DNA from: Thermomicrobiales bacterium
GTDB taxonomy: Bacteria > Chloroflexota > Chloroflexia > Thermomicrobiales > UBA6265
Direction of reading: 5' to 3'
Assembly: GCA_042408955.1 (NCBI GenBank)
Contig: JBHOQQ010000088.1
Location: forward strand, 650 to 64,649
Length of the DNA stretch: 64,000 bases
Shown here: positions 1 through 13,012 of the stretch, one piece after another
Layout: every line of letters begins with the position of its first letter
How positions within the stretch are numbered: position 1 is the stretch's first letter
Program-made: the position numbers and the translations under genes
The notes under the pieces: generated by a model
What the model was told of the DNA's origin: nothing
Seen by the model: the letters and a program-made list of their open reading frames with translations, nothing else
Database searches by the model: none

Positions 1-2796
<2,796 letters not shown>

Positions 2797-3009
2797 CCTG
2801 TCTCCAGCATGCAGTGATCCACGGTGAAACGGCATGGTACACGTCTCCCTTGGCCCAACGCTGAGACGCCTCTCGCTCCTGGCCGTGCGTCGCTTTGCTG
2901 AGGACCTAGGCCGTATGGTCGCGACTCGATCGCCAGCCAGCGTCCACACCGCGAGCCGTTCGCTGGTACCATCACCTGCGAAGGCGCGCTCAGCGCTCGC
3001 GAGGAGCCG

Positions 3010-3840
3010 ATGGACGAGGTTCGAGTTTCGAGCTGGGACGAACTCAACGAGCGGCTCTACGAAGGATCGTGGAACCAGTCGCTCGGGCGGTTTCGCTCAA
3101 CATTCGCATTCCGTGGCGTCGAAATCGCAGTTCGGGATTTGCGCACGAGCTTGGCGCGACTAGGAGGTGACTATCCAGAGCTTGAGCGCCATCTCCTTCG
3201 TAACTTCGTCAAATATGCCTACCGGGAAGTTGGAGCGCGCGGAAATTTCTGGGAAACGCTCGCGCTCGCGCAGCATCATGGTCTCCCGACTCGCTTGCTC
3301 GATTGGACGTACTCGCCCTATGTTGCCATGCACTTTGCCACGGCCAACGTCGAGCGCTTCCACCGTGACGCCGTCATCTGGTGCATCGACTTCGTCGCGT
3401 CGAACCGGTTTCTCCCGAAGCCATTGCAGACCCTCCTTGACCGCGAGGGAGCAGACGTCTTTACCGCGGAGATGCTCACCGCGGCCGCGCGCGATCTTGC
3501 CGCGTTCGACGCTCTGGCCGAGGAGACATTTCTTGTCTTTTTCGAGCCGCCTTCGCTTGATGCGCGCATCGTCAATCAGTTCGCGCTGTTCTCGTTGATG
3601 TCGAGTGCCACGGCCCGGCTGGACCGCTGGCTGCGCGATCATCCGGGCCTCGCGCGCCGCCTGATCATCCCCTCTGAGCTCAAATGGGAGATCCGCGACA
3701 AGCTGGACCAAGCGAATATCACTGAGCGTGTCTTGTTCCCCGGTCTTGATGGCCTGAGCAAATGGCTGAAACGCCATTACAGCCCACGGACGGTGCGCTT
3801 GCCCTTAGTTCCCGATGACTTCATCGGCGTTGATGACTAG
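3010..3840 (+). CDS. FRG domain protein
   Basis: FRG motif (FAFRG) and the family signature AQHHGLPTRLLDWT-SP-VA-HFA; GAGGAG RBS before the ATG. Confidence 0.9.
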   Translation: MDEVRVSSWDELNERLYEGSWNQSLGRFRSTFAFRGVEIAVRDLRTSLARLGGDYPELERHLLRNFVKYAYREVGARGNFWETLALAQHHGLPTRLLDWTYSPYVAMHFATANVERFHRDAVIWCIDFVASNRFLPKPLQTLLDREGADVFTAEMLTAAARDLAAFDALAEETFLVFFEPPSLDARIVNQFALFSLMSSATARLDRWLRDHPGLARRLIIPSELKWEIRDKLDQANITERVLFPGLDGLSKWLKRHYSPRTVRLPLVPDDFIGVDD

Positions 3841-4812
3841 CACCGCCGCTCCGTGCACGCGGCCACTGCGGACGGCGTCAATGGCCTCATTGGCGCGTTC
3901 CAAAGGATAGGTCGTGACTTGGGAGGTGATGGGAATCTTTGGCGCCAGGGCCAGGAATTCCTCCCCGTCGGCACGAGTGAGATTCGCGACCGAGCGTACC
4001 ATCCGCTCACCCCACAGGATCGCGTAGGGGAAGCTTGGGATGTCGCTCATATGGATACCGGCGCAGACGACGGTTCCACCCTTGGCGACGGCGCGGAGCG
4101 CTTGCGGCACGAGGGAGCCGGCCGGGGCAAAGATGATCGCCGCGTCCAGCGCTTCCGGTGGCAGCGCGTCACTGTCCCCGGCCCAGGCTGCCCCGAGCCG
4201 CCGGGCAAATTCCTGCCCCGCGGTATCCCCTGGCCGGGTAAAGGCATACACGGTGCGACCGTGGTGCTTGGCGACTTGAATGAGCAGGTGCGCCGCAGCC
4301 CCAAATCCATAAAACCCGATCCGCTCGGCTTCTCCTGCCAGGCGATATGACCGGTAGCCGATCAGCCCGGCGCAGAGCAACGGCGCTGCCTGAACATCCG
4401 GATATCCCTCCGGTATGGGAAAGCAATACCGGGCATCGGCGACGGTGAACTCTGCATAGCCACCGTCAATGTGGTAGCCGGTGAAGCGAGCGGAATCGCA
4501 CAGATTCTCGCGTCCGGAGCGGCAGTAACGACAGGTGCCGCATGTCCAGCCGAGCCACGGAATGCCGACACGGTCGCCTTCGCGATAGCGCTCGACGCCC
4601 TGCCCAAGCGCGACGATCGTGCCAACGATCTCGTGTCCGGGGATCAGCGGCAGCTTCGGGTCCGGCAAATCACCATCAATGACATGGAGGTCGGTTCGAC
4701 AGACAGCGCACGCGTGTACCCGCACCAGCACCTGCCCTGGTCCTGGCTCAGGAATGGGCACCTCCCGCAGGTGCAATGGAGAGCGCTGGGCCTCAAGCAT
4801 CATTGCGCGCAT
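3805..4812 (-). CDS. Zinc-dependent alcohol dehydrogenase family protein
   Basis: CRTDLH, GHE, structural Zn CGTCRYC...C, PLLCAG, GFGAAA. Confidence 0.93.
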   Translation of the reverse strand: MRAMMLEAQRSPLHLREVPIPEPGPGQVLVRVHACAVCRTDLHVIDGDLPDPKLPLIPGHEIVGTIVALGQGVERYREGDRVGIPWLGWTCGTCRYCRSGRENLCDSARFTGYHIDGGYAEFTVADARYCFPIPEGYPDVQAAPLLCAGLIGYRSYRLAGEAERIGFYGFGAAAHLLIQVAKHHGRTVYAFTRPGDTAGQEFARRLGAAWAGDSDALPPEALDAAIIFAPAGSLVPQALRAVAKGGTVVCAGIHMSDIPSFPYAILWGERMVRSVANLTRADGEEFLALAPKIPITSQVTTYPLERANEAIDAVRSGRVHGAAVLVINADEVIGN

Positions 4813-4877
4813 GTTATCTCCTTAGGAAAGAGCATTGGCTAGGCGGCGCAGCAGGCCTGGCAAGCGGCAACTCAACG

Positions 4878-5741
4878 TCATGCGGATTCACGGTAGGCGC
4901 GCTCTAGGCTCTCCCGTGCGCGGGGAAGCTCGGCAGCGAGCTGCTCAAGCGACCGCCGAAGCTGTTGTCTCGCCTCAGGATTGGTCGCCGCGGATTGCAG
5001 ATACGGATAAATCGAGCGCGTGAGGAGCTGGCGGATGTCGGCGATGAAGCTCGCCATCTCCCGGCAGATCTCGTCATCCAGATCGAGGCGGTGGAGGGCG
5101 AAGGCATCAGCAAATGCGAATGCCGCGTTCCCGACCTCTTTCCACGATTCCCAGCGAAGCGACTCGGCCGGTAGCTCATGGGGAAGCGTAAACGGCTCAC
5201 CTGGGAGCAACACGGGATTCGTGATGGCTACGACCGTCGTTTCCAGCTTGGTCAGGAGACGATAGAGCTCGGTCAGCGCCTCGGCGCGCCGTGACGCCGG
5301 TCCCACCACGGGAGAGCGCTGCGCGGCGATCGCGGCCATTGCCGCCCCAACAGCTTCGCGAAGCCGGCTCAGCTCCGCGTTGTGATGGTCGCGCACATCC
5401 CGCAAGGCTTGCTCTAGTGTGGCCACTGCTTTGCCGTCAACCTCACTCACTTGGCTGCGCAAGCGAACGAGATGCGTTTCCTGTTCCTGGGTCGAGGCGC
5501 GGAGCATGTCGCGGAAGCGCTGGATCTCCGCTTCCACATCGCCCAGGATCTGGCGGGTCTCGGAGCGCAGTCGCTCGATGTCTGCCTCGTAGCGGGACTC
5601 CAATTCGGCCCGGAGCGCGGCGAGCGCTCCACCCATGTCACTGGATAGCGACGTCTTCCCGAGCGTCCGTGGCAGATAATAGATTGCGCCGGTAATCGCA
5701 CCGATGAGTGCGACGACGAGGATGATGAGAACGATGTCCAC
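4878..5741 (-). CDS. Hypothetical N-terminally membrane-anchored coiled-coil protein
   Basis: Likely GTG start at 5741 (VDIVLIILVVALIGAITGAIYYL is a TM helix), then E/R/L-rich heptads. The longer ORF call to 6443 overlaps the opposite-strand gene. Confidence 0.7.
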   Translation of the reverse strand: MDIVLIILVVALIGAITGAIYYLPRTLGKTSLSSDMGGALAALRAELESRYEADIERLRSETRQILGDVEAEIQRFRDMLRASTQEQETHLVRLRSQVSEVDGKAVATLEQALRDVRDHHNAELSRLREAVGAAMAAIAAQRSPVVGPASRRAEALTELYRLLTKLETTVVAITNPVLLPGEPFTLPHELPAESLRWESWKEVGNAAFAFADAFALHRLDLDDEICREMASFIADIRQLLTRSIYPYLQSAATNPEARQQLRRSLEQLAAELPRARESLERAYRESA

Positions 5742-6035
5742 TCTTCCAACCCCTGCAAAGCTGGCGCGGGCTGTTCCGCTGCTTCTAGAAGATACCCGAC
5801 TTGCTGATGACACGCATCTACGCGCTGAAGAGTCTTGAATAGGGAAAGAAAGGCTGCCGGCTCGGATCCCGGCGCGACGATCGGCCGGGAACAGGCTCGG
5901 CATGGTATCACCAAACGAACGATGCGCCTCCTGGAGCGACCCGGCCAGCAATGCCAGGATCGACCCGCTGTGGAGCGCAAGTGGCAGGACCTGCGAGGCG
6001 TGTTTGCCTGCATGACCGCGCAGCAAGGAGGAGAC

Positions 6036-6935
6036 ATGAAGCGCATAGACCGGCGGAAGGTGATCGCGGCGGCGGTAGGTGGGCTCGCCGCGCGTGTGCT
6101 CGGCGTGCCCGAGCAGGGCCGCGCGCAGGGCGACGGCACCGATATCCGGACTCCGGCGCCGTCGCCGGATCCTTTGCTGCCGGGGCATCGCATCCTGTCG
6201 TACTATGGATTCCCTGGCAATAATCTCATGGGTATCCTTGGTGAATATTCGAAAGAAGAGTTGAGAAAACGTCTCATCCGCCAGTTGCGCGCCTACGAGC
6301 GCGTTGATAAATCTCGGCCGTGGAACCTTGCCTACGAAGTGATCGCCTCGGTCGCGCAGCGTGACCCGATGCCGGATGGCAGCTATCTGACCCGGACTGA
6401 TCCGAGGATCATCGACGAATATGCGAGCTACACGGCGCAGCATGACATGCTACTGATCTTGGATATGCAATTCGGTCGCCGCAGTGTCGAGGAAGAGCTT
6501 GAGGCGGCACTGCCATGGCTAGCGCTCCCACACGTGCATCTGGCGCTCGATCCAGAATTCAAGGTCAAAGAAGGTGAGCAACCCGGCGTTCACCTCGGGA
6601 GCATCGAGGCGGCGGACATCACGTATGCCCAAGAGACGCTTGCTGATTTTGCCAGCCGGCGAGGGCTGCCGCCGAAGCTGCTCATCGTTCACCAGTTCCA
6701 CTACGCGGTGATCGAGAATAAGGACCGGCTCCGGCCTGTTCCCGGCGTTCAATTCATCCTCGAGGTTGACGGCTTTGGGACCCCTGACGAGAAGCGAGAA
6801 ACCTACCGGGTGATGACGCAGAACCCCATTGAGTACCACGGGTTCAAGCTGTGGTACCGCCAGGATGAGCCGCTGATGACGGAGGAAGAGGTGCTAGCGC
6901 TGAATCCCTCGCCCGATCTCATCATTTACCAGTGA
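6036..6935 (+). CDS. Tat-exported conserved hypothetical protein (Chloroflexi/Actinobacteria lipoprotein-like family)
   Basis: AAGGAGG RBS before ATG 6036; twin-Arg signal DRRKVI...AQG; conserved-looking YYGFPG-MGILG, HLALDPEF, VHQF, DGFG, GFKLWY. Confidence 0.75.
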   Translation: MKRIDRRKVIAAAVGGLAARVLGVPEQGRAQGDGTDIRTPAPSPDPLLPGHRILSYYGFPGNNLMGILGEYSKEELRKRLIRQLRAYERVDKSRPWNLAYEVIASVAQRDPMPDGSYLTRTDPRIIDEYASYTAQHDMLLILDMQFGRRSVEEELEAALPWLALPHVHLALDPEFKVKEGEQPGVHLGSIEAADITYAQETLADFASRRGLPPKLLIVHQFHYAVIENKDRLRPVPGVQFILEVDGFGTPDEKRETYRVMTQNPIEYHGFKLWYRQDEPLMTEEEVLALNPSPDLIIYQ

Positions 6936-6947
6936 GGCGCGAGTCAC

Positions 6948-8168
6948 GTGGTTGGTGACCGTTTGGTGGGCGTTGGGTCGTTCCGGCTCCGGCTCGGCAC
7001 GCTGATCTCCTATTGCATCGGCGCTGAAGGGCCGGTGCGGACGACGCTCGACCGCTTGCGCCAGGTCGGCGTTGGTGAGCGTGTCATCAAGAGCGCAATT
7101 GCTGGAGGTCTGGCGTGGGAGATCGCCCAGATACTGCCGGGCAACAGCCAGCCGGTGCTGGCGCCGATCACGGCGGTCTTTTCGATCAGTCTGACCGTGG
7201 CTGGCTCAGTTCGGGAGGGGATCCAGCGCATCTTGGGCGTGATCTTGGGCGTCCTTGTGGCGGTAATTGCTAACCATTTCCTCGGGGCGAATGGATGGAC
7301 CATCACGCTCGTGGTGCTGATCGCCTTCGTTGCTGGCCGGCGGCTCGGGCTTGAAGCCTCTGGCGTGTCGCAGATGGCCGTCAGCGCGCTCATCGTGGCA
7401 CTCAGCGCGCGTGGGCCGGCTACACGCGATGCCGCGCTGCTCCACGTGGCAAACTCGGTCATGGGCACCGCCGTTGGCTTGACGCTCAATGCGGTGTTTG
7501 CGCCGCCGAATTATCTTCCAGCAGCGAGGGAATCGGTCGTGACGCTCGGCCAGCGGATTGGCGCGATTTTGGATGATCTCGCGTCCGCGCTCGCGAACGG
7601 CGTGACAGAGGTGCAGGCGAGAGATTGCCTGGAGCGAGCAAGGCTTATCGCAACATCGCTCGACGACGTCGAAGAGTCCATTACACGGGCGGAAGAGAGC
7701 CTCAAGTACAACGTGCTCGCCGGGCGCCAGCGTGCCAGGCTGGCGGTGTATCACCGCACGAACCGCGCACTGGAGCATGCAGCATTGCAAACACGGGTCA
7801 TTTGCCGCGCGGTGGTTGAAGCATTGGAGATGGCCCAGGCTGGGCAGCCGCGACCCGGATGGCTTGAGCCGGACCGGCTGGGGACGCCGCTCGCGAACCT
7901 TGTTAGCTCCCTCTCAGTCGCTCTCGACCACTTCCTGAGCTTGATTGACGCGCCGCGGGAGTCTCTGGAGGACGAGGCACTGGCGACAGAGGTGCAGCGC
8001 CAGCGGAAGGAAGTGATGGCGGCGGCCCAGGACTTCCTTGGGGAGCTTATGCCCGAGGGATGGGCAGTGCTTGGCCAGGCATTGGCCCTCTCCGACCAGC
8101 TTGTGACCGATCTCACCACCGCGGCGAATGAGCTTGGCCAGTTCAACAATCGAATTGCGCGCTCCTAG
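6948..8168 (+). CDS. FUSC / aromatic acid exporter family membrane protein
   Basis: N-terminal TM bundle (KSAIAGGLAW...LAPITAV...QRILGV) followed by a helical cytoplasmic C-terminal region. Confidence 0.75.
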   Translation: MVGDRLVGVGSFRLRLGTLISYCIGAEGPVRTTLDRLRQVGVGERVIKSAIAGGLAWEIAQILPGNSQPVLAPITAVFSISLTVAGSVREGIQRILGVILGVLVAVIANHFLGANGWTITLVVLIAFVAGRRLGLEASGVSQMAVSALIVALSARGPATRDAALLHVANSVMGTAVGLTLNAVFAPPNYLPAARESVVTLGQRIGAILDDLASALANGVTEVQARDCLERARLIATSLDDVEESITRAEESLKYNVLAGRQRARLAVYHRTNRALEHAALQTRVICRAVVEALEMAQAGQPRPGWLEPDRLGTPLANLVSSLSVALDHFLSLIDAPRESLEDEALATEVQRQRKEVMAAAQDFLGELMPEGWAVLGQALALSDQLVTDLTTAANELGQFNNRIARS

Positions 8169-8245
8169 CAATTACCCACCGGTAGCAGGAATGCGACCGT
8201 TTGTGCCGTGCGGCTCACACCGGTCCAACACGCCGTTGATCGCCT

Positions 8246-8782
8246 TTATCGAGAAATCGAGACCGTGGTGTGATGCAGCTTTTGCTCCAAGCGATCCACG
8301 GCGAGCAGCAAGCCATAGAGCAGGGCCTGAGGACGGGGTGGGCAGCCAGGAATGAAAACATCCACTGGCAGCACATGGGCAACACCGCCGGCTGTGCAAT
8401 AAGACCCCTGAAGCACCCCGCCGCCGCAGGCGCAAGCGCCCACGGCAATGACTAGGCCAGGCTGCGGCATCGCTTCATACGTCATGCGCACCGCTTGCTC
8501 CAGGTTCCGAGTGACCGAGCCAGTCACGAGCACACCATCGGCATGACGAGGAGAGGCCACAATATCAATGCCGAGCCGTTGCAGGTCGTAGGTCGGACCC
8601 AGCAACGCTTGAATTTCCCAATCGCAGCCATTGCACGATCCAGCGTCAAGGTGCCGTAAATGGAGCGAGCGGCGGAGCAGCGCTTGGATACGCGATCCCA
8701 GCTTTTCTGCCAGCGCATCCGGTGACGATGTTGTGCGCTGGGTATACAGCGTGGGCACGAGTAGAGTAGGTTGATCGCTCAT
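8246..8782 (-). CDS. hyfI: Group 4 hydrogenase small subunit (HycG/HyfI, NuoB-like)
   Basis: GSCNGC-E, SPRHAD, GACA, PGCPP: all four cluster Cys present. ATG 8782 overlaps the upstream stop (ATGA). Confidence 0.88.
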   Translation of the reverse strand: MSDQPTLLVPTLYTQRTTSSPDALAEKLGSRIQALLRRSLHLRHLDAGSCNGCDWEIQALLGPTYDLQRLGIDIVASPRHADGVLVTGSVTRNLEQAVRMTYEAMPQPGLVIAVGACACGGGVLQGSYCTAGGVAHVLPVDVFIPGCPPRPQALLYGLLLAVDRLEQKLHHTTVSISR

Positions 8783-9147
8783 CGTGACTTCTCCGGTCTT
8801 GACTCGGCTGCAAAGGTGACACACGTCACCAGGTCATGCGAGTCGCGGGTGGCAAGCTCAAATTCAGTGCCCAGCATGATGGCTTGATGTGGGCAGGCTT
8901 CGGCACACAGCCCACAAAAGACGCAGCGAGCATCATCGAGCGACCATGTCCAACCGGAGGAAGCAGTGCGGACAACAGCAATCGCAGCACTCGGACAAGC
9001 GCGGGCGCAGTCGCTTGAGCCGCAGCAACGATCTGTGCGGAGCATCACCTGCCCGCGAAACGCCTCCGGGGCTGGCTCTGGAACGAATGGATAGGGCTGG
9101 GTAGCTTTGCGAGCCTTCAGGCTGAGGTGAAAGAGCCGGAACATCAT
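8779..9147 (-). CDS. hyfH: Ferredoxin-type Fe-S subunit (HycF/HyfH, NuoI-like)
   Basis: T-YP, FRG, CCGSSDCARACP and CVFCGLCAEACP. Confidence 0.85.
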   Translation of the reverse strand: MMFRLFHLSLKARKATQPYPFVPEPAPEAFRGQVMLRTDRCCGSSDCARACPSAAIAVVRTASSGWTWSLDDARCVFCGLCAEACPHQAIMLGTEFELATRDSHDLVTCVTFAAESRPEKSR

Positions 9148-9164
9148 AACCTCCTTGGCCCGCC

Positions 9165-10766
9165 CTAGCGGTCAAGACAGGCATAACACAATTCAAAACT
9201 CTTATTGATGAGCGGAAAATCCGGCACCATGTTCCCTGGAACCGCTGCTGCTACTGCCGGCCAGTTACAGTAGCTCGCGGAGCGGACGCGATAGCGCCGG
9301 ATGGCATTGCCCGGTCCCGTGCGCACCCAGTGAAGATTCTCGCCCCGGGGCGATTCGGTGACTGCGTATCCAACAGCGTCAGATGGCAGGGGGCCGATTG
9401 CTCGATGAATCGGTCCTTCGGGCAGGATATCTAGTGTCGCCCGGATAATCGCGAGAGAGGCAATAACCTCGTCCATGCGGACGAGGACCCGCGCCAGCAC
9501 GTCGCCATCTGTTCGCACAGGAACAGGCACCGGCTCGGGAAGCTGGTTGTAAAAGCCGTGAGGATAATCTCGCCGGCAATCCACATCGAGTCCGCTGGCT
9601 CGCGCGGCCACGCCCACTACTCCCAGCGCGCGTGCGGTGTCCAACGGAAGACGACCTGTTCGAGTCAGACGCTCGACAGCGGTATCGCTCCCCATCAGAA
9701 TGCCGATAAATTCCTGAAATTCCCGGGCGATTCGCGAGAGGGTGTTGCGCACGTCGTGACAACCTGCTGCCGATAGGTCGCGCCGAACACCGCCGAGCCG
9801 GCAGACACCGCGGAGAAAGCGGTGTCCGGTCAGGCGCTCGTTGAGCCGCTGGAGGTCATCCTTGAGACGGGCGCCGTACGCTGCGCCGATGGCAAATCCT
9901 ATCCCCGCGCAGATATTCCCAAGGTCTCCGACATGGTTGTAGATACGCTCCAGTTCCAGGAAAAGGGTTCGCAGGGCGACCGCCCGCGGAGGAATTTCTG
10001 CCTCGGCAATCTGCTCAATCGCCTGGCAATAGGCAACGGCGTGGGAGCAGGCGCAGACGCCACAAATTCGCTCGGCAAGTTGGAGGACGTGTTCCGGGGA
10101 TTTCCCTTCAGCGAGCTTCTCGATCCCGCGATGCGTGTAAAAGAGTCTGGTCTCAAGATGCAAAATGAGCTCGCCAACCGCGGCGAAGCGAAAATGACCC
10201 GGCTCGATGACCCCTGCGTGAATCGGACCAACTGGAATCTCGACAATGCCGTCACCGTGAAGATTATGAAACCGGTACGGTTCGCGTGATGCTCTTGGCA
10301 CCGGAATGCGTGGATCAAAATCGGTGCGTAAGGGATAGACACCATCTGGCCAGTCATCATGCAAGACGAGCCGCCGTGGATCGGGATGATCCAGTGGCAC
10401 GAGGCCGAGAAGATCCTGCACCTCGCGTTCATACCAGTTTGCCGCGGGAATATCCGGTGTCACCGATGGGAACACCGGACGAGTGGCATCGAGGAGTGTC
10501 TCCAGGGTAAGCCACCGCCGGTCCGGCAGCGCGAAGATATAGGAGAGGCGAAAACTACCCGACCGAGCGCGATCATCCTCTCCGACCATCGTTGCCAGGC
10601 GTCCGCGGAGTTCCTGGGCTGCGTACCGGCAGGCATGGCGGAGATCGCTCGCAGCGATAACGAAGCGTGCCTCACCTGGCACACTGGCCGGTAACGAGGT
10701 TGCTGACACCGGGAGTGCGTGCGTGCCAGGCATGACAGAGCAAGCGGTGCTTGTGATTGTCGTCAT
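9165..10766 (-). CDS. hyfG: Group 4 [NiFe]-hydrogenase large subunit (HycE/HyfG, NuoC-D fusion type)
   Basis: WYERE-DL-G...GP-HAG-IEPGHFRF, HRGIEK; L1 motif ERICGVCACSH; L2 motif ELCYACLDR at the C-terminus. Confidence 0.9.
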   Translation of the reverse strand: MTTITSTACSVMPGTHALPVSATSLPASVPGEARFVIAASDLRHACRYAAQELRGRLATMVGEDDRARSGSFRLSYIFALPDRRWLTLETLLDATRPVFPSVTPDIPAANWYEREVQDLLGLVPLDHPDPRRLVLHDDWPDGVYPLRTDFDPRIPVPRASREPYRFHNLHGDGIVEIPVGPIHAGVIEPGHFRFAAVGELILHLETRLFYTHRGIEKLAEGKSPEHVLQLAERICGVCACSHAVAYCQAIEQIAEAEIPPRAVALRTLFLELERIYNHVGDLGNICAGIGFAIGAAYGARLKDDLQRLNERLTGHRFLRGVCRLGGVRRDLSAAGCHDVRNTLSRIAREFQEFIGILMGSDTAVERLTRTGRLPLDTARALGVVGVAARASGLDVDCRRDYPHGFYNQLPEPVPVPVRTDGDVLARVLVRMDEVIASLAIIRATLDILPEGPIHRAIGPLPSDAVGYAVTESPRGENLHWVRTGPGNAIRRYRVRSASYCNWPAVAAAVPGNMVPDFPLINKSFELCYACLDR

Positions 10767-10805
10767 CCCACGTTGTCCTTATGCCTATTGACCACCGGGC
10801 AGGTC

Positions 10806-12317
10806 CTAGCGGGGCGCGATCGCCAGGGTGGCGATGGCATCGTTGATCAAGCGGGCTACTCCGGCGGGCACGTGGAGTCCGAGAAGAACGGTCACAGCCG
10901 CGAGAGGCACCGTGCTCAGCGTGAGCGCGAGATCGATCCGGTCTGGTGATCGCGCGGAGGTTACGGGGCTGCTTGTGCTCAGGCCGTTCATGCCCTCGTA
11001 AAGCAGGCGCAATGCATGGCTCAGCAGACTGCCAAAGATCACGCCGAGCAGGGCTACCGTCGTGATAGCCGCTGCCAGCGCCAACCAGCGATCGGCAAGC
11101 GCGGCGCTGAGCATCCCCACCTCGCTGACAAAAATGCCGGACGGGGGAAGGCCGGAGATGGCAAAGATCCCGATGAAGAAACCCCAGCCGATCAATGGAG
11201 ACGTCCGCAGAGCGCCGCGGCTGGCGGATATGCGGTGCGTCCCAAACCGCTGGACCAAATCGCCAGCCAAGAAAAACAGGAACGATTTGGTTGCTGCGTG
11301 GCACACCACGTGGAGCAAGCCAGCGGTGGCAGCAAGCTGGCTGCCGATACCGAACGCAATCGCCATCAAGCCCATATGCTCCACGCTCGAATAGGCGAGC
11401 AGTCGCTTGAGATCGCGTTGGATCAACATGAACGGGGTGGCCACCGCGACTGACAAGACACCAGTGGCGATCAGGAGATTCCCGGCGAATTGGGTACCTG
11501 TTGCGTGATTCGCAAGTGCTTGGAATCGCAGAATGCCAAACAATGAGCAACTCAAGAGGATTCCTGACAACAGCCCGCTGATAGGAGATGGAGCTTGGCT
11601 ATGAGCGTCAGCCAGCCAGGTGTGAAGTGGCGCAAACCCGGCTTTCGCTCCAAAGCCGACCAGAATAAAAGCGAAGGCGAGGCGCATGAGGGCGGGATCC
11701 AAGCGCGTGCCTGCCTGGCTCAGGGTGCTCCAGTTGAGCGAGGCGGTGTCACCACCCTGACGAGCCGCATAGTAGGTAAGCAGCACCCCAAAGAGCGCGC
11801 AGGTAATGCCCACGGTGCAGAGAATCAAGTACTTCCAAGCGGCTTCCAGTGCTGCTTGCGTTCGGTAAAAGCCGACGAGCAGCGCAGATGCGAGGGTCGT
11901 GGCCTCGATCCCCACCCAGAGCAGCCCGAGATTGTTGACGAGAACGGTGACGGTCATGGTCCAGAGAAACGTGTGCAGGCCGAAAAAATACCAACGAGCG
12001 CCTTGGCGGCCATCAGGCACATGACCGGCGGCGAGGTCGTGTCGAAGATATCTTGGTGAGATGATCGCGGCTGCCACGCCGAGCGTGGCGATCGTGCCAA
12101 GCATAATTGCCGAGAGAGCATCGACATAAATCTGCCGGCGATAAGCGATGAGGGGACCATGCGTAGCGACGTGGGTAACGATCGCCAAGGAAAGGCCGGC
12201 GGTCGTCGCCGCCCCGGCCACGTTGAAGCGCTCAATGCGCTGCAAATCCCAGCTGAAACGGCAGACGACCGCGGTGAACAGAGGGACAAGCAGCAGCGCC
12301 AACAGGAGAATTTCCAT
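10806..12317 (-). CDS. hyfF: Hydrogenase-4 antiporter-like membrane subunit F
   Basis: WVGIEATT, EAAWKY, GFGAKAG-APLHTWL-DAHSQAP, KRLLAYSSVEH. Confidence 0.9.
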   Translation of the reverse strand: MEILLLALLLVPLFTAVVCRFSWDLQRIERFNVAGAATTAGLSLAIVTHVATHGPLIAYRRQIYVDALSAIMLGTIATLGVAAAIISPRYLRHDLAAGHVPDGRQGARWYFFGLHTFLWTMTVTVLVNNLGLLWVGIEATTLASALLVGFYRTQAALEAAWKYLILCTVGITCALFGVLLTYYAARQGGDTASLNWSTLSQAGTRLDPALMRLAFAFILVGFGAKAGFAPLHTWLADAHSQAPSPISGLLSGILLSCSLFGILRFQALANHATGTQFAGNLLIATGVLSVAVATPFMLIQRDLKRLLAYSSVEHMGLMAIAFGIGSQLAATAGLLHVVCHAATKSFLFFLAGDLVQRFGTHRISASRGALRTSPLIGWGFFIGIFAISGLPPSGIFVSEVGMLSAALADRWLALAAAITTVALLGVIFGSLLSHALRLLYEGMNGLSTSSPVTSARSPDRIDLALTLSTVPLAAVTVLLGLHVPAGVARLINDAIATLAIAPR

Positions 12318-12334
12318 GCTCTGAATTCCGTCTC

Positions 12335-13012
12335 CTAACCACGCAGCGTTCGTAAGCGATCAATGCTGGTCGTCCCCAGGAGCTGATTGATCTCATGGAT
12401 GACGAGGCTCATCACGCCGACACCGGTGAGCACATCCACTGCGACACCAAATTCCACAGCGAAGGGCAGCCCGCGCGTTGCCGCCACCGTGGCGAGATAG
12501 ATCCCGTTTTCCATAGTGACGAGCCCCATCACGTGCGAAATCGCTTTTCGTCTCGTCACCATGGTGAATAGGCCGATCAGCAGGAGACCAATGGCTGCTG
12601 GGAGCGCATTTGGAGCGGCGAAAGCACCGGTTGCGCGGACGGTGAAAGGCGACGCAGTGCTGTAGGCTAGTGGCACGAGCAGCGTCGCCAGCGGGAATGC
12701 CACTTTGACCGGCAGGACCGGATCAAGCTCGCGCTTCACCGCCATCCGGCGTAGCACAAGCCAAAGCACAGCGGGAATAAAGCCACTCTTCACTGTCAGA
12801 GCAACAACGAATGCGGCCCAGGATCGCCAGTTCATCTCCGCGAGCGCCGCTGCTCCGGCCGTGATGCCGAGAAGGAGTCCCTGGAAGGCCAGCAAGACGA
12901 TGGCGGTGCTGAGTCGTTGAACCAGCGATCCAAACAATGCCAAGGCAAGCAGCCCGAGTGCCGCGGCATCGATTACCTGGGACGCCGTTGCAAACGAGAT
13001 CGCGCCGTGCAT
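12335..13012 (-). CDS. hyfE: Hydrogenase-4 membrane subunit E
   Basis: Hydrophobic protein of about 225 aa with QG, KxxxIP, MENG, E-G-DV and C-terminal LxxLRG. Confidence 0.85.
   Translation of the reverse strand: MHGAISFATASQVIDAAALGLLALALFGSLVQRLSTAIVLLAFQGLLLGITAGAAALAEMNWRSWAAFVVALTVKSGFIPAVLWLVLRRMAVKRELDPVLPVKVAFPLATLLVPLAYSTASPFTVRATGAFAAPNALPAAIGLLLIGLFTMVTRRKAISHVMGLVTMENGIYLATVAATRGLPFAVEFGVAVDVLTGVGVMSLVIHEINQLLGTTSIDRLRTLRG

Noticed and set aside
5742-6443. N-terminal extension of ORF 4878..6443
   Set aside because: It overlaps the Tat protein on the opposite strand and reads as low-complexity shadow.
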